Virus record (IMG/VR): IMGVR_UViG_3300027839_000006
Location: 28,161 to 92,160 of that record
Direction: 5' to 3' (one strand)
Source: a virus
Length of the DNA stretch: 64,000 bases
The notes beneath the pieces are model-generated. The model was not told the DNA's origin and ran no database searches. It saw only the letters and a program-made list of their open reading frames with translations. Within the stretch, counting starts at the first letter, position 1. Each line of letters starts with the position of its first letter. Both the position numbers and the translations under genes were made by a program. Below are positions 51,001 through 56,093 of this stretch, piece after piece.

Positions 51001-51358
51001 GTCTCTGATCGCCCCCCTGAAGCCCGTTCTGAAGGCCGGAGCACTGTGTTGCAAGGCTATGTTGGTTCGGAACTTCGTGGAAGCCGCTTTTGCCGACCCA
51101 ATGGAGGTCTCGGCGGGTGACGAGATCCAGATGATTATGATCACTCATGGCGTCCTTGGATCGGGGAACACCCAGAACAACGGCGTGATGATTGCTGGCA
51201 CAATCAGTCCCACTGGTTATGGTGAAGGCTATGCTGCCGCAGACCGGTATCGTATCGACGGTAAGCCCATGATGGGCTCTGCCCACTCCAGGGCACATCG
51301 TCCGTTCGATGCTGTTGAGCCAGTGCCGCTCATTACTGATAACGATCCTATCGAGTAG
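45074..51358 (+). CDS. Large virion structural protein with DUF4815/DUF6519-like N-terminus (~2094 aa), paralog of 17667-21206
   Basis: 'VVWQKGKPPLDSELNL', 'DLVFLEAW', 'QIQYRIR', 'DGYVYAIP' and 'DILDLRR' motifs. ATG at 45074 preferred over GTG at 45062. Confidence 0.6.
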   Translation: MAEDFGNGASRTLSALMRQFSAVVWQKGKPPLDSELNLMSQVEAERLRQTVKSVMHSGWLIDPTRTKIDFSCSKDWSNYFVFGKQKSGEKEPLLFANVNGWVIPVAGTFTETEEEKTNRIRLNPPPATDSRVDLVFLEAWQTLVAPNPSEANKPAVDKVWKYGNVEYGGSNIEDDLEDPTIGFETSERCQIQYRIRVYGSGAGLGAGVALDKYPDGLGDLNILGQGTQDAPVAGSSFANVREKLDDPSLWRAGDGDPNNALGTIDGYVYAIPLCAIFRRNTNTFVAVTSAGNPNQNGALDRNPSTGQLADPREGAKALAVPTLLDNLLADSLGTVQVTGLIGSGFDDTLHLPEGLFLQVEDEIIGISEVDVTTTPPTITLEDRGRYGTHATTHLAGSPIQFFSVRPDGLFADEVHPTDILDLRRAVTPGEWDYHRLLEHNIAALAKNDLHSTHKRSAAGDTEGPVVAEVSYMLADGSTDVPNHTEGLDGPDGTRIIFSDACSVQQQVTLLLDNDATLTQGAVNDEFDSNVGWDVAPDFKPSGWVNNEGSTGSWTNGSVIFLHIGGEDGSGGARASFRSGSDKKVRFVTPKEHWKTGYPTVNPLNGNQYPVTVQFLGAPAHQPMALYEQDVDAHALKKHPGPMYPYRRLNFESPFIVLGGLLDSSLRMTGLAVATKYTAIAQAEGFCEIQVDVNFDTEGVYHTTEHGQFENDPSTVSAPLLRGSRTLYGMLTDEGRDRTGKSSEVYVVLYGDNASGGRVNNGCFRVIGAGTAGYTEHSADDAYSIVVAPLDPEFTTFDTTTGGVVTAEFRSQYTNAEDGNGLTTGDPALCIVLTDLGGLADHPWNKALLDDTVGDFDYSFPIDAASGLVKIDAKLVLSTTLLYHPGRGAMARLPDSLTRFSLTNADSTYLRQSPGALDTTFSAASGTPGSETFFDPVHVQLWNRLPSLGWDAPVAPGYGGRIVANTEQDRDNELFIDRGSKTVVFRPYRYRQMTLNGITVGLNTTVDPCGGAVVEVGLDGNYLYPDTTPKDAHELFTGSLATGKRMGFPIPTEAMPRFGRQDIPYFQDITGNGSGTFLAGINHMFCDSTTLNNEVFKIIGGEDNESSGSQVKPIFFRTGTPQDYGHGGTVIGIVDNKPYYEARKVSDIDESTEKGTVVRTKFRTVVSSDFGPGLDGIQLPPYLGVARLYGVYDYDDYQSKGGRSFESDRVTLENDPATNLLRTDATEQTLFIMRDGALDLTGETGDHTYVIPSNVIDVTLSPKHKLNDSTSQKETFRDFEYVVEMTVFGFSKEWINGNNYVLARRHDAQGNLVSDGDNEELEDLSMVFPCAASLNSAVYSLYNRTVYQGDPYMTRAGAVRTVSDYEHRYGQVSVANAYELVHPIQQFNDQGEAQVQLPNPRMFEVLASMDFYTTLGTGKIGGHLYPGTLLDVGYTEDTLSSSRRIPGSSDDSAWRVLTRAFTEGQKTNSNRAEAEIRFLPGSVSAMDGATITITDLDGLSFDFTARAALTDEVVLGEDEFRIVTGYRPLVWTQQLDFPALLPGESTSFTIGADGSGENYETHILNNAGLRFGNTVDINAMTGADYPENLIVQALVTNDNVLKVTATNSAAMAVRHPSVKAQHAWDGTDGVASTGSAPVTILAHTAHTSTAITVAGAGLNDVVLVNIHGIDSDNDDEWDGPVSGIIADGYVSQAGEVKIRLTNTTDADIALEDSAVTYEIRVFFADVEATTTDPVAQNFVIRALDTHRDVELTANRFAIAVNRRTGMGNAIQAMAAHADMVRLIGVPTGAEGNGLKVTTTRDNSGANVDAAKTVARLFQIVVPHSNNLPIDSFLGAVFTSAYFRGGADIPMNAGDGTSQMGLTGMTDRFPLGILLQDSDFVCENPLNDQATAMKTSPSGLRPIQTMLPLSERGEEHDRFMGEPGEMVSMSDGSILVYTPFHDANRPTGTHNYRVYRGGGAVMAMSGKNPGGPVDWVSESLIAPLKPVLKAGALCCKAMLVRNFVEAAFADPMEVSAGDEIQMIMITHGVLGSGNTQNNGVMIAGTISPTGYGEGYAAADRYRIDGKPMMGSAHSRAHRPFDAVEPVPLITDNDPIE

Positions 51359-51365
51359 GAAGAAT

Positions 51366-51590
51366 ATGCCTTTCGTAAGCAGAGCCGAAATCGACCAGAA
51401 GGTGCTTGTTGCATCAATGGACACGTATAGGCAACGACTACGGCAAGCACTCCTTGATCCTGCCCTCACTGGTGACCAGCGGCAGAACATCAAAGAACGG
51501 CTCACTAATCTTGGACAGCCCAAGGTTTACCGTGAAGATACACCACCACCACCCGGCGCTATCGAACTACCAGTAGATAACGAAATCTGA
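51366..51590 (+). CDS. Small hypothetical protein (74 aa)
   Basis: ATG at 51366, 7 nt after the previous stop, with AGGA upstream. Predicted helical, with a Pro-rich tail. Confidence 0.55.
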   Translation: MPFVSRAEIDQKVLVASMDTYRQRLRQALLDPALTGDQRQNIKERLTNLGQPKVYREDTPPPPGAIELPVDNEI

Positions 51591-51643
51591 TTCGTTCGGT
51601 AGAGTACCCCGGCTAATACGACGATACTGTAAGGAGATCGACT

Positions 51644-52261
51644 ATGTTGAAGCATTATCTGGTAGCTACCGTTGCTGCTTTTCTTTTGATCACAGCCGTT
51701 CCGGCATCTGCCGAAACCCCAACTAATACCGGCAATACTGCTGTTGCCACCACCACTGCCACCACCGGCAATACTGCCGAAACGGTGACAACTGCGGGCA
51801 CCAACACTGCCAAGACGGTGACGACAGAAGCAACGGGCACAGCAGGCACAGTGGCTACTGGTGAAGAAGCCAAGCCTGACGCCACGTTTGAGGCTACGGG
51901 AGAGGGCCTGGAAGGTCAGCTTTCCGATGAGCAGATGACTCAGGCCGTTGACGCCATGATCCAAGCAGTGGGAGATGAAGCAGGACCATTCGCGTTCCTG
52001 GCTCTTCTCTGCATGTTCATAGGGACACTCCTGAAGAACATGGTGCTGCCCCGAGTGAACATGGACAAGAAGTGGACCCCAGTCGCTACGATGGGTGTGT
52101 CTTGTCTTGCTGCTGTTGGCTATTGCATGTGGGCGGGTGTTCCGGTGCTGGAAGCCTTACCGACCGTGGCTCTCGCTGTGGCAACCGCCGTTGGCGGCTA
52201 CGAGATGGTCGTGAAGCACGTCATGGCGCTCGTCAAGTCAGACAAAGAGGCTGAAGCCTAA
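51644..52261 (+). CDS. Holin-like membrane protein with signal peptide and Thr/Ala-rich N-terminal repeats
   Basis: SD AAGGAG. Signal peptide ending in ASA. Three C-terminal hydrophobic segments with 'KKWTPVA' and 'AVGGYEMVVK', typical of small holins. Last gene of the structural block. Confidence 0.55.
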   Translation: MLKHYLVATVAAFLLITAVPASAETPTNTGNTAVATTTATTGNTAETVTTAGTNTAKTVTTEATGTAGTVATGEEAKPDATFEATGEGLEGQLSDEQMTQAVDAMIQAVGDEAGPFAFLALLCMFIGTLLKNMVLPRVNMDKKWTPVATMGVSCLAAVGYCMWAGVPVLEALPTVALAVATAVGGYEMVVKHVMALVKSDKEAEA

Positions 52262-52301
52262 TACAACTCGACCCCGCTCTCTGCCCCCAGGGTAGCAGCG
52301 A

Positions 52302-52339
52302 AAAAAGCCCCTTACCGGTTCGCCGGTAAGGGGCTTTTT
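52302..52339. terminator. Bidirectional intrinsic terminator
   Basis: AAAAAGCCCCTTACCGG-TTCG-CCGGTAAGGGGCTTTTT: perfect stem, TTCG loop, A/T tracts on both sides, between convergent genes. Confidence 0.92.
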
Positions 52340-52343
52340 AGTT

Positions 52344-52664
52344 CTAACTGTCGTCTTGTTTTCGCTGATAAGACTTGCGGTGGAAGACCGCTTGGGATGC
52401 GTGTTCACGGTGCGGCTGGTGATTCCGGTCTTCTGGGATTTCCAGGGTGTACCGCATCTTCCGCTTACCCCCAACCGCTGCAAGGAGCGTTCGTAACGCA
52501 TCTGCGTGGGAACCCCCTCGACCGATGACTTTGCCTACGTCTCTGGGATCTACTGTGAGTTCGAGAATACAGGTGCGTGACCCAACGACTTCCAGACACG
52601 ATACTTGGTCTGGATAATCTACGATCTCTCGGATTACCACTTCAACTAACTGCGGCACATCCAT
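52344..52664 (-). CDS. khpA: KH-domain RNA-binding protein, KhpA (YlqC/UPF0109) family
   Basis: 'IVDYPDQV...LELTVDPRDVGKVIGRGGSHADALRTLL...RYTLEI' with an intact GXXG loop. SD GGAG. Confidence 0.88.
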   Translation of the reverse strand: MDVPQLVEVVIREIVDYPDQVSCLEVVGSRTCILELTVDPRDVGKVIGRGGSHADALRTLLAAVGGKRKMRYTLEIPEDRNHQPHREHASQAVFHRKSYQRKQDDS

Positions 52665-52750
52665 GACGGTCTCTCCGTTACATTTTGATTATGATACAGC
52701 AAATCCAAGGATTGGAAATGCTGTTGGAGGCGGGGGGTATGGAACTTTGA

Positions 52751-53539
52751 TTAGAGCCAAGGCCGCTCTCTCCAGATACGACGGTAACTTCTCATTTGGT
52801 GGCGGGCGTACCTGCGGGCACCTTCACCGCTGCCATTATAGATCCTAAAGGCTTCTTGAGTATCGCCTCGGCTGCGTTTGTTGCACCGCCAGAGGATATA
52901 AGCCGCCGCACGTAGGTTGGTGAGGGGTTTCCACAGATCTTCCTTGGAGGAAATGCCAAGCTCCTTCTTGAGTGTTTCAAGCCACACTCGGGGGTAGATC
53001 TGGGTTAGCCCAATCTCCCCGACTTTACCAAAAGCCTTCTGTGAGCACTTCGATTCTCGGTACACAGTCAAAGCAAGAGCTTTCGGGTTGATGTCATATT
53101 CCCCGGCAGCTTGAAGAATCAAGCTGTCGAAGTTTTCGGGTGGTTGGATCTTGCAGTGTTCCGAGAAGCGTTCCTCGACTATTTCCCCGGCAACCTCCAG
53201 ACAATCGTCTGCTTCATCACCTCCGCAGCACATTGTCGTGACGCAACAATCGGGGCACTTGGCACAGTTGTCGAGGATGTACCTCTCATGCCATGAGAGG
53301 TCTTCCCAAGAAGGATCACTTATGTCCTGCGTGGAGACCTCGGTAGCCTCGACCGACACTTCACTTGGGAAGTAGTATTCCGGTTCCTCAACTCCGAGAC
53401 TGATCGTGTACTCGCCAACATTGGAGAGTCCAGCGGTCCCACCACCGGGTTGGTGATAAGCGTTGTTGGTGTCACCCGCATCAGCGTTACCGGCACACGC
53501 ATACAATAGGAACGAGAGGCATAGCGATATAGTTCTCAT
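52751..53539 (-). CDS. Lytic transglycosylase (SLT domain) with putative lipoprotein signal and Cys-rich linker
   Basis: Catalytic 'VYRES', 'GEIGLTQI', 'PLTNLRAAAYIL' and 'AFRIYNG'. N-terminus 'MRTISLCLSFLLYAC' resembles a lipobox. Confidence 0.85.
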   Translation of the reverse strand: MRTISLCLSFLLYACAGNADAGDTNNAYHQPGGGTAGLSNVGEYTISLGVEEPEYYFPSEVSVEATEVSTQDISDPSWEDLSWHERYILDNCAKCPDCCVTTMCCGGDEADDCLEVAGEIVEERFSEHCKIQPPENFDSLILQAAGEYDINPKALALTVYRESKCSQKAFGKVGEIGLTQIYPRVWLETLKKELGISSKEDLWKPLTNLRAAAYILWRCNKRSRGDTQEAFRIYNGSGEGARRYARHQMRSYRRIWRERPWL

Positions 53540-53636
53540 CAGACTTCTCCGTGCAGCTTCCTTCAGACCCCAACCATACTCACTGGAGTTCAGAAGTTAC
53601 CTACCACCTGCTATTGAAGGAAAACCTGGGAAGCCC

Positions 53637-53939
53637 TTATGCGAGCCCCTCTTTACGAAGAGCCGCACGAAAATCTGCATCGGAGCGGGCTTCTTGACGG
53701 GTGCGGAGTCCGTAGTCACGGGGGCGAGCCCGTTGTGAACCTTGGGAGTTCCATCGCTGACCTTTACGGAATCGACCCGCTTGCTGATCGCAAGCACAGG
53801 TGACCAGATCACGGGGCGAAACCCCCGGCACCCAATCACGGTTGAAAGCACCATCCTCCCCGACTCGACGGACGTGGATAGCCAGATGTTTACGCCACTC
53901 ACGAAGAGTACGCTCTCGTTCCAATGCTGCACGACGCAT
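53637..53939 (-). CDS. Small basic hypothetical protein (~100 aa, CxC motif)
   Basis: Part of ORF 53637..54011. Start reassigned to ATG 53939 because SD AGGAG lies 8 nt upstream. Arg-rich, with 'CACDQQAGRFRK'. Confidence 0.55.
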   Translation of the reverse strand: MRRAALERERTLREWRKHLAIHVRRVGEDGAFNRDWVPGVSPRDLVTCACDQQAGRFRKGQRWNSQGSQRARPRDYGLRTRQEARSDADFRAALRKEGLA

Positions 53940-54103
53940 GGCGTCTTCTCCTATCATTTCCAGAACGGCGAACCGTTCAAGGGCTTGGGGGTCGATGCCC
54001 ACGGGCGGCACCTTGATTTTTGACGGAAGCAGCCCACCTGCTCCCTAAACCATGCACATACGTTGGTGTTCTCCTACGTGTTGAGGTTCGAGGTTATCTC
54101 CGC

Positions 54104-54142
54104 CTCTCACAACGTCTACCCCCGGTATCCGAAAGGTAACAA
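54104..54142 (-). promoter_or_regulatory. Bipartite early-type promoter motif, copy 1 (leftward)
   Basis: Minus strand TTGTTACCTTTCG-gataccgg-GGGTAGACGTTGTGAGAG, an inverted copy of 54183-54221. Confidence 0.65.
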
Positions 54143-54182
54143 TAAATCATAAAACCCAATGATTTCAAGGACTTACGAAAGT

Positions 54183-54221
54183 TTGTTACCTTTCGATCCG
54201 TCAGGGTAGACGTTGTGAGAG
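54183..54221 (+). promoter_or_regulatory. Bipartite early-type promoter motif, copy 2
   Basis: TTGTTACCTTTCG-atccgtca-GGGTAGACGTTGTGAGAG. Confidence 0.65.
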
Positions 54222-54296
54222 CGATGGCATGGACGAAGCTGGGTGTAAGCCCCGCAGGGAACGTAAGTCGGGATGCCCGAAGTGCCGTCACCTCTC
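54217..54296 (+). ncRNA. Candidate structured small RNA A (~80 nt)
   Basis: Begins about 6 nt after GGGTAG. The 5' GAGAG-C-GATGGCAT pairs with the 3' GTGCCGTC-AC-CTCTC. Internal hairpins GGG-TGTAAG-CCC and TCGGG-ATG-CCCGA. No credible ORF. Confidence 0.5.
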
Positions 54297-54309
54297 TTAC
54301 ACAGCCCCG

Positions 54310-54337
54310 GTTACTTTTCGGTACCCGGGGGTAGACG
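54310..54337 (+). promoter_or_regulatory. Bipartite early-type promoter motif, copy 3
   Basis: GTTACTTTTCG-gtacccgg-GGGTAGACG. Confidence 0.65.
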
Positions 54338-54456
54338 AAATGAGGGTAGTCCGATTCGGTCGGAAACAGGGTCCAGAGCGAAGCCACCACCGAGAGGTCT
54401 GGGGCCGAGTGTTGACGGACAGGGAGAGAGTAGGCCGCTCCCAACTACCATCATTT
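54338..54456 (+). ncRNA. Candidate structured small RNA B (~120 nt)
   Basis: The 5' AAATGA-G-GGTAGT pairs with the 3' ACTACC-A-TCATTT. Internal helices GGTCCAGA/TCTGGGGCC and GGGAG/CTCCC, hairpins GC-GAA-GC and CC-GAGA-GG. Ends just before the next motif copy. Confidence 0.5.
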
Positions 54457-54461
54457 TCCTC

Positions 54462-54489
54462 GTTACCTTTCGAGAGGCGAGGGTAGACG
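54462..54489 (+). promoter_or_regulatory. Bipartite early-type promoter motif, copy 4
   Basis: GTTACCTTTCG-agaggcga-GGGTAGACG, 31 nt before ATG 54521. Confidence 0.7.
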
Positions 54490-54520
54490 AGGCAGGACAC
54501 ACAGCGAGAGGAAACAGAAC

Positions 54521-55492
54521 ATGGGTTCATCAGACCACATCAAAGTTGCGGACCTTCACGGGATGCCCGTGCCAGACTTTTTCACCACCTGCTATTCGCT
54601 GACGGCGAGTCACTGCTGCGTGTGTGCAACCCCTCTCCGAGATGCCTTGAGCGTCCAGCTAATGATCGGCCCTACCTGCCGTAAGCGGTACGGCTACCTC
54701 GATCTCCCCGAGAACCCCAACATGCCCGTGGCGTTGGGTCTGGTCGCTGCGTTGGAGCAGCAGGACAACATCAAGCCGATGGTGGTCCGCTACCTGCTCG
54801 CCAACCGGGACGACCCCCGAATGATGTGCAACATCTTGACGGCGTTCGCCAGCGTCCACTACTCCGACAAGACGTTGGTCTTGGCGGCTTCCCCCATCAT
54901 CCGTGCGCTCGGTTACCCGAAGCTCGCTGAAAAGCTGGAGTGGGACCGCAGCGTGGTCCAGATCCGCAAGGATTGGGCAGCGAAGCGCATCGAAGTCTAC
55001 ACCCCCTACAACCGCCAGTTCGTTGTGGACCTCCACAAGCTGACTGGACAGTCTGCCGAGAAGGTCTACAACGAGCGCAAGGACCGCAGCGGCAACGTCC
55101 GTCAGGGCAAGTTCAAGTGCTGGTCTATACCGGAGCGATTCGAGGCCGATCTCATGGCCCTGATTCGGGGCTACTACGAGGGCGAGGCCATTTATGACGG
55201 TGAGGGCGTGAGCGTCATCCCCGGCCCCACAGATGCCGAGAAGGCTGTCGCCGTGAAGGTGAAGGTCTCCCTGGCTTCCCAGGTTCGCATCGAGCCTGGA
55301 AGTACCTCCCGTGCCCGAGTGGCCGTGTTCAGCCCGCCCCCGTGGGAAGACGAGGCGTGCAAGGCGTTCGTGGACGGTGTTCGGAACATCCGTGGTCGCT
55401 CGTTCGACCGTGACCGCAAGTGCTGGACGGTTCCTGCCGCTGCCTTGCAGCGAGTCGAAGACTTGAAGGCCCAACATTTCGGAGCCGAGTAA
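54521..55492 (+). CDS. DUF6011-type Zn-binding domain protein with two HARP-like domains
   Basis: 'CCVCATPLRDALSVQLMIGPTC' fits the DUF6011 pattern. 'IEVYTPYNRQFVVDL...KCWSIP' and 'FVDGVRNIRGRSFDRDRKCWTVP' resemble HARP-type domains. Confidence 0.65.
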   Translation: MGSSDHIKVADLHGMPVPDFFTTCYSLTASHCCVCATPLRDALSVQLMIGPTCRKRYGYLDLPENPNMPVALGLVAALEQQDNIKPMVVRYLLANRDDPRMMCNILTAFASVHYSDKTLVLAASPIIRALGYPKLAEKLEWDRSVVQIRKDWAAKRIEVYTPYNRQFVVDLHKLTGQSAEKVYNERKDRSGNVRQGKFKCWSIPERFEADLMALIRGYYEGEAIYDGEGVSVIPGPTDAEKAVAVKVKVSLASQVRIEPGSTSRARVAVFSPPPWEDEACKAFVDGVRNIRGRSFDRDRKCWTVPAAALQRVEDLKAQHFGAE

Positions 55493-55527
55493 GCCAGTTA
55501 CTTTCTCGGAGTAAGCCAGTTACTTTC
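55487..55527 (+). repeat. 19-bp direct repeat GAGTAAGCCAGTTACTTTC, two copies 22 bp apart
   Basis: Copies at 55487-55505 and 55509-55527. Contains the stop codon and the upstream half of the promoter motif. Confidence 0.85.
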
Positions 55528-55546
55528 CAACCCCCGAGGGTAAACG
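55519..55546 (+). promoter_or_regulatory. Bipartite early-type promoter motif, copy 5
   Basis: GTTACTTTCCA-acccccga-GGGTAAACG, 22 nt before ATG 55569. Confidence 0.7.
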
Positions 55547-55568
55547 TCGCAGAGGAAGGAATAGCACT

Positions 55569-56093
55569 ATGTCATACTACACCATCCAAGCAGCAGCAGA
55601 GGCCGCAAGACTGGGTATCCCCTGGAAGGTCCGTCTGGAATACACGGGCTACAACGACAAAAACGCCAGCGGCAACAGCTACAAGTTCTGGGAGGCCAAC
55701 GGCGTTCCAGGCTCTACGGCTGTCACCATTCGCTACGGGCGCATCGGCTCGGCAGGGCGACCGCTCCAGAAGGATTGGAGCTACTTCGTTGAGAAGTTTC
55801 CCGAGAAGCAGGCCAAGGGGTACGACTATGATTCCCGTACCCAAAGTGCCGTGGATCAGCCCGAGGCTACGCCCGTCACGACTCTGGCAGACGGCACGAT
55901 CTCCGAGATTGAGGTCAGCCAAGTGGTCGCATCGACCTTCGGCGCAGGCCCCTACGGTCAGATCCGCAGCGTTCTCCGCTCGGTGATGAGCGGTACGGAG
56001 TGCTGGTCGGCCTATGACGAACACGGCACCCTCATCATGCAGTTGCCCGAGGCTGGCGTGGAAACCATCAAGGAAGCGGTACTGGCAGTATGA
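55569..56093 (+). CDS. WGR-domain protein
   Basis: 'RLEY...NSYKFWE...VTIRYGRIGSAG...EKQAKGY' is the WGR signature. Confidence 0.8.
   Translation: MSYYTIQAAAEAARLGIPWKVRLEYTGYNDKNASGNSYKFWEANGVPGSTAVTIRYGRIGSAGRPLQKDWSYFVEKFPEKQAKGYDYDSRTQSAVDQPEATPVTTLADGTISEIEVSQVVASTFGAGPYGQIRSVLRSVMSGTECWSAYDEHGTLIMQLPEAGVETIKEAVLAV

Noticed and set aside
6355-51358. Diversity-generating retroelement, intein or intron in the fibre genes
   Set aside because: No reverse transcriptase, no near-identical template/variable repeat pair noticed, and no intein or homing-endonuclease motifs seen by eye.
79-52261. Bacterial extracellular contractile injection system or tailocin locus
   Set aside because: The baseplate genes are shared with such systems. 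However, the neighbours are phage-type DNA-metabolism genes with compact overlaps and their own promoter motifs, and no host housekeeping operon is present. A jumbo phage is more likely, though capsid and terminase genes are not in the window.
54217-54456. tRNA, riboswitch (FMN or cobalamin) or hammerhead ribozyme
   Set aside because: No cloverleaf, TTCRA T-arm or CCA end. Only fragmentary likeness to riboswitch motifs (GGGTGTAAGCCC, AAGTCGGGATG). No CTGANGA core.
54104-54489. CRISPR or TIGR-type repeat-spacer array
   Set aside because: The repeats are bipartite with an internal variable 8-mer. Spacing is irregular (125 and 152 bp), one copy is inverted and another lies 1 kb away before a gene. 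No cas or Nop-domain gene is in the window. A promoter fits better.
54094-54602. Short ORFs across the control hub (54094-54444, 54229-54486, 54273-54602 and others)
   Set aside because: They lack convincing SD sequences, run across the promoter motifs and give unnatural protein composition.
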